From positions 3,398 through 67,397 of the forward strand of contig CANMDT010000002.1 of the NCBI GenBank assembly GCA_947496715.1: a stretch of DNA of 64,000 nucleotides, given 5' to 3'. The stretch is from Myxococcales bacterium. Its GTDB lineage: Bacteria; Myxococcota_A; Bradymonadia; REDH01. The notes below the pieces were generated by a model. That model saw only the letters and a list, made by a program, of their open reading frames with translations. It searched no databases and was not told the origin of the DNA. The position numbers and the translations under genes are program-made. Positions 37,513 to 46,071 of this stretch are shown here, piece after piece. Positions within the stretch are counted from its first letter, which is position 1. Every line of letters starts with the position of its first letter.

Positions 37513-40500
37513 ATGCGATCCAACCTCACCCGACTGCTGCGCGCCGGTACGCTCTCCCTCACGCTGCTCGCCGGCGCCTCGCCTGCGGCCGCCGCGGAGG
37601 TGAACGACCTGACAGCGGTGGAGCTGCGGCATGCGCCGGACGAGACGGTTATCCGGGTTCGGGGCGACGAGGCGCCGACCTATTCGGTCTTTGCGCTGCG
37701 GAGCCCGCTGCGGCTCTTTGTGGACATCTCGCGGAGCACGGCGGCCGGTGCGTTGGCGCTTCCGAAGCCCGACGGCATCCGGGTTTCGGCGCTGGAGCTG
37801 GAGCGTGAGCCCGACGGGCAGCGCGACACGCAGCGTCTGGTGCTGACGCTGGGCGCGGGCGTGCTGTATGATGTGACCGGCGCGGGGAACGACCTCATCA
37901 TCAAGCTGGTGGGCGGGCCGGTCGCGGGAGGCTCAGAGCAGTCGGCGGCGGCGCGCGAGGCGGCGGAGCGTGTTCGGGCGCTGGAGCAGAAGCTCGATGG
38001 CGAGCAGCGCGAGCTCGCCGAGCGTCGGGCGGAGCTGGCCGCGCGGGAGCGCGACCTGGAGGCTGCGCTGACGGCCAGCCGCGAGAAGGAGAAGTCGGCG
38101 AGCGCGAGCGCCGGGTCGAACGCAGAGGAGCTGGCTCGTCTGGCGAAGGAGCGCGAAGCCTTGGCAGCTCGGCAGCAGGCGCTGGAGGCGGAGCGGAAAC
38201 AGACGCAAGAGCGGGCCTCGGGGCTGGCGCGCGACAACGACGAGCTGGCGCGGCTCAAGGGCGACCTAGAGAAACAGCGGGCGGAGCTGGCCGCGCGCGA
38301 CCGTGAGCTCAAGACGGCGTCTGCCGCGCTGGAGAGCCGGAACGACGAGTTGACGCGGCAGCAGGAGACGGTTCGGGCGCAGCAGGCGGAGCTGGAGCAG
38401 CAGAGGCGGGCCCAGGCTGCCGGCGACCAGAAGCGGACGGCGGAGCTCGCGCAGGAGCGCGACCGGCTGGCGGCCCAGTTGGCGGCGCGCGATGCGCAGA
38501 TTGCTGACCTGGAGGCGGCACGTTCGCGGCTCGAGGGTGAGCGGAACGCGCTGGTGGTTCGCTCGAAGCAGGATCAGGCGACAATGGCTCGTCTGGGGAC
38601 ACTGCAGAACGAGCTGGCGAACCGCGACGCGGAGCTCCGGAAGCAGGGCGAGGCGCGCGACGCGCTGGCGAAGCAGTCTGCGGAGGCGGAGCGGAGCGGC
38701 AAGCAGGCCTCTGCGAGCCTGATGGAGGAGCTGAAGCAGCGCGACGAGGCGATCGCCAAGCTGCGCGAGGAGCGTGAGTCGCTCGCGGGTGCACGGGCCG
38801 AACGGGATGCGCTGGCGGGACAGCTGACGGCGCTTCGGTCGGAGGTGGAGTCGCTGCAGGGCGAGGTGAAGCGGCGCGAGGAGCAGCTTGGTTCGATGGA
38901 CCGGGCGCGGTCGGAGGTTGCGGCGGAGCGTGAGCGGCTGGTGGCGGCGCAACAGTCGCAGACGACGCAGGACACGGCCGCGAAGCAGAGGGCCGACGAG
39001 GCGCTGGCGAAGCTGACAGCCGACCTCAAGCGGCGCGACGCGGAGATGGTGTCGCTGCGGAACGAGCAGACGGTGCTGCGCGACTCGATCGCGACGCGGG
39101 ATGCCGACCGAACTCGGCTGGCACAGCTCGAGGCGGCGCTGAACTCGGAGCGGGCGCTGCAGGCGGAGCGGCAGAAGGCCGACGAGGCTGCGAAGCAGGA
39201 GAGCGAGCGGGCGAAGACCGAGGCGGAAGAGAACCGCCGGTTGCTGGAGCAGGCGCGGCGCGATGCAGCGCAGGCACAGGCGGAGCGGCAGAAGGCCGAA
39301 GAGGCTGCAGCGGCGGCGCGGCGCGATGCGGAGCGGGCCCGGCAGGAGGCTGGCGCGGGCGTCAAGGAGCGCGACGCGCGGGTTGCCGAGGTGGAGCGGA
39401 GGCTCGGCGAACAGCAGGCGGCTGCGCTGACGGCGGAGGCCGAGCGGGCAAAGGAGCGTGAGCGTGCGGCGCAAGAGCAGGCACGGTTGACGGAGGAGGC
39501 GCGGAAGGCACGCGAGCAGGCCGATGCGGCTCTTGCAGATGCAGCGCGGCAGCGGTCTGGCGCGCTGGCAGCGAAGGAGCAGGCGGAGGCGACGCTGGCG
39601 GCGCGCCGGAGCGACGAGGCAAAGGCGAAGGCCGAGGCCGAACGGGCCCAGGCGGAGGCCGAGCGGGTGCTAGTGGAGGCCGAGACGACGCGGCGTACCG
39701 CGAAGAACTCGGCCGACGAGGCAACCAAGGTGCGCGAGGCCGGCGAGCGCGAGCGGCTTGCGACCGAGGCGACGCGCAAGGCTGCCGAGACGCTAGCGAA
39801 CGCTGCAAAGGCGCGTGATGAGGCGGAGCGTGCACAGCGTGATGCGGCCGAAGCGCTGGCGCGGCGTACCGATGCCGAGGCGACGGCGGCGCGCGAGGTA
39901 GCCGCGAGCCGCGCTGAGGTAGAGCGGCTGCGTCGCGAGCTGGAGGTGTTGCGGGCAGGACGAGCAGCGGCAGAGGCTGCGTCGGCGCAGCAGATGGCGG
40001 AGGCCAAGGCGGAGGCGGAGCGGGCCAAGGCGGAGCTCTCCGCGGCGAAGTCGGCGCAGGCCGAGGCAGAGCGCCGGGCCGCAGCGCAGGCGGAGCAGTC
40101 GAAACAGGAGGCGGCGGAGGCCAGGGCGGAGGCAGAGCGGGCCAAGCGGGAGACCGAGGCACTCCGCGCACAGCAGGCGCAGGGCAGCTCGAGCAGCCAG
40201 GCGCAGAACAGCGCTGCGAAGGCCGAGACCGAGCGGGCAAAGGCCGATGCCGACAAGGCGCGCAGAGAGGCTGCAGCGGCACAGGCGGAGCTCGAGAAGG
40301 CACGCAAAGAGGCCGAGGCGCTCCGCGCACAGCAGGCGCAGGGCAGCTCGAGCAGCCAGGCGCAGAACAGCGCAGCGCAGGCCGAGACTGAGCGGGCAAA
40401 GGCCGACGCCGAAAAGGCGCGCAGAGAGGCTGCAGCAGCGCAGGCTGAGCTCGAGAAGGCGCGCAAGGAAGCCGAGGCGCTCCGCGCACAGCAGGCTGAG

Positions 40501-41610
40501 CTCGAGAAGGCACGCAAAGCGGACGAGGCACTCCGCGCACAGCAGGCGCAGGGCAGCTCGAGCAGCCAGGCGCAGAACAGCGCTGCGAAGGCCGAGACCG
40601 AGCGGGCAAAGGCCGATGCTGACAAGGCGCGGAAGGAGGCCGCAGAGGCGCAGGCTGAGCTCGAGAAGGCACGCAAAGAGGCCGAGGCGCTTCGGGCGCA
40701 GCAGGCGCAGGGCAGCTCCAACAGCCAGGCGCAGAGCAGCGCTGCGAAGGCCGAGACCGAGCGGGCGAAGGCCGACGCAGACAAGGCGCGGAGGGAGGCT
40801 ACAGAGGCACAGGCGGAGCTCGAGAAGGCACGCAAAGAGGCCGAGGCGCTCCGCGCACAGCAGACGCAGGGAAGCTCCAACAGCCAGGCACAGAACAGCG
40901 CTGCAAAGGCCGAGACCGAGCGGGCAAAGGCCGACGCCGACAAGGCGCGCAGAGAGGCTGCAGCGGCACAGGCGGAGCTCGAGAAGGCGCGCAAAGAGAC
41001 CGAGGCGCTTCGGGCGCAGCAGGCGCAGGGCAGCTCCAACAGCCAGGCGCAGAGCAGCGCCGCGCAGGCCGAGACTGAGCGGGCAAAGGCCGACGCCGAC
41101 AAGGCGCGCAGCGAGGCTACCGCGGCACAGGCCGAGCTCGAGAAGGCACGCAAGGAGACAGAGGCGCTCCGCGCACAGCAGGCTGAGCTCGAGAAGGCAC
41201 GCAAAGAGACAGAGGCGCTCCGCGCACAGCAGGCTGAGCTCGAGAAGGCACGCAAAGCGGACGAGCAGGCGCGGGCAGCAGAGCAGCGGTTTGCACGGGA
41301 GCAAGAGGCCAGCAGGCTGGAGCAGGAGCGGGCAGCGCGCGCAGCGGAGGCGAGCAGGCTCGAGCAGCAGAAGTCCTCGAACGGTCAGATGAGCGCTAGG
41401 GAGCAGTATGAACTTGAGGTCCGGGCGCGGATCGAGGCGGAGGAGCGGGCCGGTGAGGCAGATCGCAGGGCACGCGATGTAGGCGGTGCAGCGCCCGCGG
41501 CCGGTGGCCAGCAGGCGGCGCCGCTCTACCCCACAGGCGGGCGGCGGCGGACCTGCAAGGCGGTCTCGTCGGACGGCACCGAGCGTCGGATTCCCTGTCC
41601 GCGTAACTGA
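37513..41610 (+). CDS. Secreted AMIN-domain protein with ~1200-aa coiled-coil of Ala/Glu/Arg/Lys/Gln-rich repeats
   Basis: Signal peptide MRSNLTRLLRAGTLSLTLLAGASPAAAAEV. AMIN-like N-terminal beta domain (…PLRLFVDISRST…). Then heptad-rich sequence including six 53-aa repeats (…ALRAQQAQGSSSSQAQNSAAKAETERAKADADKARREAAAAQAELEKARKEAE…). Confidence 0.8.
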   Translation: MRSNLTRLLRAGTLSLTLLAGASPAAAAEVNDLTAVELRHAPDETVIRVRGDEAPTYSVFALRSPLRLFVDISRSTAAGALALPKPDGIRVSALELEREPDGQRDTQRLVLTLGAGVLYDVTGAGNDLIIKLVGGPVAGGSEQSAAAREAAERVRALEQKLDGEQRELAERRAELAARERDLEAALTASREKEKSASASAGSNAEELARLAKEREALAARQQALEAERKQTQERASGLARDNDELARLKGDLEKQRAELAARDRELKTASAALESRNDELTRQQETVRAQQAELEQQRRAQAAGDQKRTAELAQERDRLAAQLAARDAQIADLEAARSRLEGERNALVVRSKQDQATMARLGTLQNELANRDAELRKQGEARDALAKQSAEAERSGKQASASLMEELKQRDEAIAKLREERESLAGARAERDALAGQLTALRSEVESLQGEVKRREEQLGSMDRARSEVAAERERLVAAQQSQTTQDTAAKQRADEALAKLTADLKRRDAEMVSLRNEQTVLRDSIATRDADRTRLAQLEAALNSERALQAERQKADEAAKQESERAKTEAEENRRLLEQARRDAAQAQAERQKAEEAAAAARRDAERARQEAGAGVKERDARVAEVERRLGEQQAAALTAEAERAKERERAAQEQARLTEEARKAREQADAALADAARQRSGALAAKEQAEATLAARRSDEAKAKAEAERAQAEAERVLVEAETTRRTAKNSADEATKVREAGERERLATEATRKAAETLANAAKARDEAERAQRDAAEALARRTDAEATAAREVAASRAEVERLRRELEVLRAGRAAAEAASAQQMAEAKAEAERAKAELSAAKSAQAEAERRAAAQAEQSKQEAAEARAEAERAKRETEALRAQQAQGSSSSQAQNSAAKAETERAKADADKARREAAAAQAELEKARKEAEALRAQQAQGSSSSQAQNSAAQAETERAKADAEKARREAAAAQAELEKARKEAEALRAQQAELEKARKADEALRAQQAQGSSSSQAQNSAAKAETERAKADADKARKEAAEAQAELEKARKEAEALRAQQAQGSSNSQAQSSAAKAETERAKADADKARREATEAQAELEKARKEAEALRAQQTQGSSNSQAQNSAAKAETERAKADADKARREAAAAQAELEKARKETEALRAQQAQGSSNSQAQSSAAQAETERAKADADKARSEATAAQAELEKARKETEALRAQQAELEKARKETEALRAQQAELEKARKADEQARAAEQRFAREQEASRLEQERAARAAEASRLEQQKSSNGQMSAREQYELEVRARIEAEERAGEADRRARDVGGAAPAAGGQQAAPLYPTGGRRRTCKAVSSDGTERRIPCPRN
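40140..41270. repeat. In-frame 159-bp tandem DNA repeats (~6 copies, >90% identical) within the coiled-coil gene
   Basis: ctccgcgcacagcaggcgcagggcagctcgagcagccaggcgcagaacagcgc recurs at 40162, 40321 and ~40540 onward with 159-bp period. Confidence 0.8.
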
Positions 41611-41708
41611 TGGGCAGCAGCCTGTAACCCGACTCCGTGGGAAGGGTGTCTCCCTCACACGAAACCCGCGGCGCACTCGTGCTGAACCCGCGGTAGGATG
41701 GGCGACCC

Positions 41709-42215
41709 ATGGCAGCACCCCACAACGCAGATGAGACCTTCACGCAGTTTGTCGCAGCCCATGGCGCGATGGCGCGGCGGGTTGCCTGGCGGCTGATGGG
41801 TGGCGACGGCGCGGCGGCCGACGATGTGGTGCAGAACGCCTTTGTGAAGGCGCACGCCAAGTTCCACACGGTGTTGCAGGAGGGGGCGCGCGAGGCCTGG
41901 TTCCGGCAGATCGTGGTGCGCGAGGCGCTGAACCAGCTCCGGTGGCTCGGGGTGCGGCGACGGGTCGCGCAGCTGGCGGGATTCGAGGATCGGGCGCAGC
42001 CGGCTGTGGCGCGCGACAGCGGCGCGGTGGCCCGGATCGAGGCGGCGGTGGCGGCGCTCTCGCCGCAGCAGCGGGCCATCTTTGTGCTCGTCCATCTTGA
42101 AGAACAGACCGTCGCCGAGGCTGCGGCCCAGCTCGGCATCGCGGAGGGGACGGCGAAGAGCCACCTGCACCGCGCCCTCACCTCTCTGCGAACCCAACTC
42201 GAGGATCTCCGATGA
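41709..42215 (+). CDS. ECF-family RNA polymerase sigma factor (sigma-70 regions 2 and 4)
   Basis: Region 2 …DDVVQNAFVKAHAKF… and region 4 HTH …QTVAEAAAQLGIAEGTAKSHLHRA… 168 aa. Confidence 0.85.
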   Translation: MAAPHNADETFTQFVAAHGAMARRVAWRLMGGDGAAADDVVQNAFVKAHAKFHTVLQEGAREAWFRQIVVREALNQLRWLGVRRRVAQLAGFEDRAQPAVARDSGAVARIEAAVAALSPQQRAIFVLVHLEEQTVAEAAAQLGIAEGTAKSHLHRALTSLRTQLEDLR

Positions 42216-42715
42216 AGCGAAACGAAGACGAGGCAGTGACTGCAGCGCAGCTCCGGCAGCTGCGTGATGGCTGGCAGCCGGCAGGCGAACTTCCCGCCGA
42301 CTATGCTGCGCAGGTGGTGGCGGTTTCGATGCGGCGGCGGCGGGTGCAGCGCATCTCGCTCTCGGTGCTGCTTGCGCTCGTCGCAGTGGTCCCGGTGGCC
42401 TGGCAGCTCCGTGATGCGCCCGAGGTAGTCGCGGAGGCATCGGCGCCGGAGATCGCGCCGATGGTGGTGACAGGGGAGGTTCTCGAGGGGCCAGAGGTTG
42501 TTTCGCCGGTGATCGCAGCGGTTGCTCCGCAGCCACCGGAGCCGGCCGCGCAGGAGCCTGCCCGCAGCCAGGAGCCCGACCTGGTGGCAGAGGCGGTGGT
42601 GCTGCGCCCGGAGCGGTTGCTGACGTCGCGCCGGAGCTACCGCGACTCGTTCCGCGAGCTGGGCGAAGAGTATGACGGGATCGCCGATATCTATTTTGAT
42701 GACACAGCGAGGTAA
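42212..42715 (+). CDS. Putative membrane-spanning anti-sigma factor
   Basis: Start overlaps the sigma stop (ATGA). One TM segment (ISLSVLLALVAVVPVAW) after a ~45-aa cytoplasmic N-terminus. Classic sigma/anti-sigma gene order. No sequence motif beyond topology. Confidence 0.55.
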   Translation: MKRNEDEAVTAAQLRQLRDGWQPAGELPADYAAQVVAVSMRRRRVQRISLSVLLALVAVVPVAWQLRDAPEVVAEASAPEIAPMVVTGEVLEGPEVVSPVIAAVAPQPPEPAAQEPARSQEPDLVAEAVVLRPERLLTSRRSYRDSFRELGEEYDGIADIYFDDTAR

Positions 42716-42794
42716 CCCGAAAGGGTACCGAGCGTTGTCTTCCTGTTGTTCAACGAATTCCGGGCCGATGGCCCACACTGCTCGAGGAGGAATC

Positions 42795-43397
42795 ATGCGT
42801 CACGCCACTTTCCGTACTGCTTCGCACCTGCTGCTGGGTGCCCTGCTCTTTTCGGCTGCAGGTATCTCGACGGCCGAGGCCGGCCAGCGCCGCGGGCCGC
42901 CCCCCGCTCCGATGGGGCCTCCGCCCGGCCAGGCTGAAGGTCGTGGCCAGGGTGAGATGAACCCGCGCGAAGGGCTCCGTCTGCTCAAGGAGCATGCGAA
43001 GGAGCTGGGCATCAGCGAGGCGACGCTGAACCAGATCAAGGAGCTGGCGCGGAAGGGTCGCGACAGCCGCGGCGCGCTCGACGACAGGCTCGACGATGCG
43101 CGCGACAAGATGCGCGACCTCATGCAGAGCGACAGCCCGGATCGGGCGAAGGTGATGGCAGCCATCGAGGAGGCGGGCCGCGCAGAGATTGCGCTGCGCC
43201 AGCACGATGTGGAGGTGCTGCTTCAGATCCGCGCGCTGCTGACGCCGGCGCAGCGGGAGGCGATGAAGAAGCTGATGCAGGAGGAGCGGGGCGGACGGGG
43301 CCCGCGCGAAGGCCGAGTCGATGGGCCGGGACGGGGCGAAGGGCGCGGTGATGGACCGGGACGGGGCGAAGGGCCGCGCGGAGAGGACGACAACTAG
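42795..43397 (+). CDS. Periplasmic LTXXQ-motif protein (Spy/CpxP/ZraP family)
   Basis: Start at MRHATF with GAGGAGG RBS. Signal peptide. LTXXQ motif (…IRALLTPAQREAMKKLM…). Gly/Arg-rich tail. Confidence 0.7.
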   Translation: MRHATFRTASHLLLGALLFSAAGISTAEAGQRRGPPPAPMGPPPGQAEGRGQGEMNPREGLRLLKEHAKELGISEATLNQIKELARKGRDSRGALDDRLDDARDKMRDLMQSDSPDRAKVMAAIEEAGRAEIALRQHDVEVLLQIRALLTPAQREAMKKLMQEERGGRGPREGRVDGPGRGEGRGDGPGRGEGPRGEDDN

Positions 43398-45973
43398 CGG
43401 AGGTCGAGGACCGGCTCCGGGAGCGCGAGCTGCTCGGTCGAGATGTCGGTTCCGTTGCCTTCGAACTGCTCGTCGCGGAGTGATGACCGGAGTTCGGTGA
43501 GGCCGAAGCCGGGCCCTTGAATGGCAATGCCCACGGCGTTGCCTGAGATGGTGGCGCGGTCGACGTCGAGGTAGAGGGCGTCGCCCGCGAGCTGCAGCCC
43601 GCAGAGGCTGTTGCCGGTAAGGGTGAGGTCGGCGCCGACCGCTGCACCTCCGCCCGTGAGTGCGAGGCCGGTGCCGAAGCCGCCAAGGGGTTCGGCGCGG
43701 GGCCTCGTTGCCTCGATGGCGAGCGCGGTGAAGCTGAGTCGGCTGCGGGCGTCGGTGACGAGCAGCCCGACGCCCCTGTTGCGCTGCAGCAGCGCCCGCT
43801 CGAGCCGCAAGGTGGCGCCGGTCTGGACCTCCGAGCCGCCGCCGTGGAGGCCGTTCGCGCGGGGCTGGGTGTCTGCAACGACCGCGTCGCGGAGCGTTGC
43901 GGTGGCGCGGCCGCTGACGAGCAGTCCGAGCTCGTGGTTGGCGAGCAGCGCGGCTGCATCGAGCTCTGCGGTAGCGCCCTCTGTGACGAAGAGGCCCATG
44001 CCGCCGCGGCCGTCGCCTGCCTGCGGGAGGGTTCCGCTGACGACCAACTGGCTCACGCGCGCGGTGGTGCCGGCGCCGGTTGCGTAGAGGCCGGCGAAGC
44101 GGTTGCCGCGGAGCAGGAGGCGGTCTGCGACGAAGGCGGCGCCCTCCTGGAGCCAGATGCCGAGCCCGGCGCGGCCGTCGGAGGGGTTGGAGCGGGTGGC
44201 GGTCGCGGTGAGGTCGTCGAGCTCGACGCGGCTGCTGCCGGTCGCAAAGAGGGCTGCCTCGGTGTTGCCCGACAGCAGGGTGCGGTGGAGGTCTGCGATG
44301 GCGCCCGACTCGACAGCAATGCCGTTGCCTGCGCCGTCGCTGTCGGGCTCGGTGCTGTCGACGAGGCTGTCTGCGAGGGTAAGGCGGGTGCGGAGGCCTG
44401 AGGCGAGGAGGCCTGCGCTGTGGCTGCCCGTGATGAGGGTGGAGGAGGCCTCGAGCGCGGCGCCGGCGGTGATGCTGACGCCGTAGCCGCTTTCGCCCGT
44501 GCTGAGCGCGCCGCGGGTGTTGCGCACCACCACCTTCTGCAGTGTCGCGCGGGTGCCCGCGCCGTCGACCGAGAGGGCGAGGTCGAGGTGGTCTGCGAAG
44601 GTGGCGCGGGTGAGCGTGGCGGCCGCGCCGTCGGTGAGCTGGAGGCCGCAGCCTGCTGCGCTGTCGCGAGCACGGGCACGGGTGGAGGAGACAAAGAGGT
44701 CTTCAGCGGTGAGCGTGGTGGCGGTGCCGGCCGCGGCAATGGCGACCTCGCGATTGTCGAGCAGGGCGGCCTCGCTCAATACCACGCTGGCGCCGCCGCG
44801 GAGGTCGATGGCGCGGCCGAAGAGGCCGTCGGTGAGCCGCTCGATGGTGGCTCCGACGAGGAGCCGGCTGGCGGTGATGTTGGTGCCGGCGCCGTCGAGC
44901 GAGAGGGCGATGTCGCGGTTGCCGAGCAGCGTGAGGTCCGAGGCCGTTACGGTGGCGCCATCTGTGAGCGCGATGGCCCGTCCGAAGGTGCGGGCTTCGG
45001 CAGCGCGGGTGCCCTCGATGCGGAGCTGTGCGAGCGTGACGGCCTGTGCGCCGTTGACCAGGAGGCCGACGGTTCGGGTGCCGACAATGGCGAGGGCAGT
45101 GAGGGTGTGGGGGGCATCGGCGCCAGGGGCGGTTGTCACGCCGGGCCGCTCGCCCGTGATGGAGAGGTTGGCGAGGGCGACGGGTGCGCCGGAGGCGATG
45201 TCGACGACGCCGGCGCTGTCGGAGGGTTGGTCGGTGGAGAGGGTGGTACCGGCGGCACAGGCGCCGACGAGCGCGACGCTGCGGTCGAGTCGGACGGGCG
45301 TGTTGTAGGTGCCGAGCGCGAGCGCGACGAGGCCGGTCTGGGCGGCACGGATGGCTGCCGCGCCGAGCGGACGGGGGCTCTGGCGGGTGCCGGCGCCGTC
45401 TGCTGCAGCGTCTGCGGCGGCGTAGACGATGGGGCCTGTGAAGGCCGGCGCGTGGGCTCGGAGGGTAGCCTCATCGGGCCACCGATCAGCTGCAGCGGGG
45501 CAGGCGGTTCCGAGCGGCTGGCAGGTTGCGGAACCCAGGCGGGCGAAGGTGCCGGCGGGGCAGTCGGCGGGGAGCGGAGGGGGCTCGCAGCGGTTGAACT
45601 GCGGCAGCCCTTCGGGCGGGTTTTCAGCGCCGGAGCCGTCGGTCAGGGCCGGCACCGCGGTCCACCCTGCAGGGCAGTCCCAGTCGGGGAGGTGGGGCTG
45701 GCAGGTGCCGGTGGCCGGCGCGAAGCCGGAGCCTTCAAAGATGCGGCCGCTCGGGCAGTCTTCGGGGCTGCTGCCGCGGGGCTGCGCAGGGCAGAGGCCG
45801 GAGCGGCTGGCGACCCAGCAGGTGGCGCTTCCGGAGCCTTCGCCGGAGCCGCTGCCTGTGCCGCTTCCAGCCTCGTCGACAAGGGCCTGTTCGGGGCTGT
45901 CGCAGCCTGAACAATGAAGCGCCACAATCAGCGCACAGATGGTGCTCAGCCTGCTGCGGTTTCCGCGCCTCAT
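43394..45973 (-). CDS. Parallel beta-helix lipoprotein, long paralog with the conserved Cys-rich N-terminal module
   Basis: Start at MRRGNRSRLSTICALIVALHCSGC preceded by GGAGGA. N-terminal module aligns with 20566-24423 and 46072-48846 (…CP.QPRGSSPEDCPSGRIFEGSGFAPATGTCQP.LPDWDCPAGW…RCEPP…). Then beta-helix repeats. Confidence 0.8.
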   Translation of the reverse strand: MRRGNRSRLSTICALIVALHCSGCDSPEQALVDEAGSGTGSGSGEGSGSATCWVASRSGLCPAQPRGSSPEDCPSGRIFEGSGFAPATGTCQPHLPDWDCPAGWTAVPALTDGSGAENPPEGLPQFNRCEPPPLPADCPAGTFARLGSATCQPLGTACPAAADRWPDEATLRAHAPAFTGPIVYAAADAAADGAGTRQSPRPLGAAAIRAAQTGLVALALGTYNTPVRLDRSVALVGACAAGTTLSTDQPSDSAGVVDIASGAPVALANLSITGERPGVTTAPGADAPHTLTALAIVGTRTVGLLVNGAQAVTLAQLRIEGTRAAEARTFGRAIALTDGATVTASDLTLLGNRDIALSLDGAGTNITASRLLVGATIERLTDGLFGRAIDLRGGASVVLSEAALLDNREVAIAAAGTATTLTAEDLFVSSTRARARDSAAGCGLQLTDGAAATLTRATFADHLDLALSVDGAGTRATLQKVVVRNTRGALSTGESGYGVSITAGAALEASSTLITGSHSAGLLASGLRTRLTLADSLVDSTEPDSDGAGNGIAVESGAIADLHRTLLSGNTEAALFATGSSRVELDDLTATATRSNPSDGRAGLGIWLQEGAAFVADRLLLRGNRFAGLYATGAGTTARVSQLVVSGTLPQAGDGRGGMGLFVTEGATAELDAAALLANHELGLLVSGRATATLRDAVVADTQPRANGLHGGGSEVQTGATLRLERALLQRNRGVGLLVTDARSRLSFTALAIEATRPRAEPLGGFGTGLALTGGGAAVGADLTLTGNSLCGLQLAGDALYLDVDRATISGNAVGIAIQGPGFGLTELRSSLRDEQFEGNGTDISTEQLALPEPVLDLR

Positions 45974-46071
45974 TCCGTCCTCCAGTCGGCCTCGTAGGGG
46001 TTCGTGTAGGGCGCGGTTTTGCCGCGGCGGCGGCGGCGCTGTCAAGCCTCAGGTGGCGGGGGCGTTCGACG

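Noticed and set aside
40140-41270. Regular 159-bp repeats considered as a possible CRISPR-like array
   Set aside because: The repeats are contiguous with no spacers, 159 bp long and translate in-frame as coiled-coil heptads. The Arg-rich overlapping ORFs (40247-41392, 39362-40672 minus, 38574-41255 minus) are frame artefacts.
41640-41708. Possible ECF-type promoter (tGAACccgcggtaggatgggCGACcc) upstream of the ECF sigma gene
   Set aside because: The spacing puts the putative -10 only ~6 bp from the start codon and the match to GGAAC-N16-CGTC is partial. Too weak to call.
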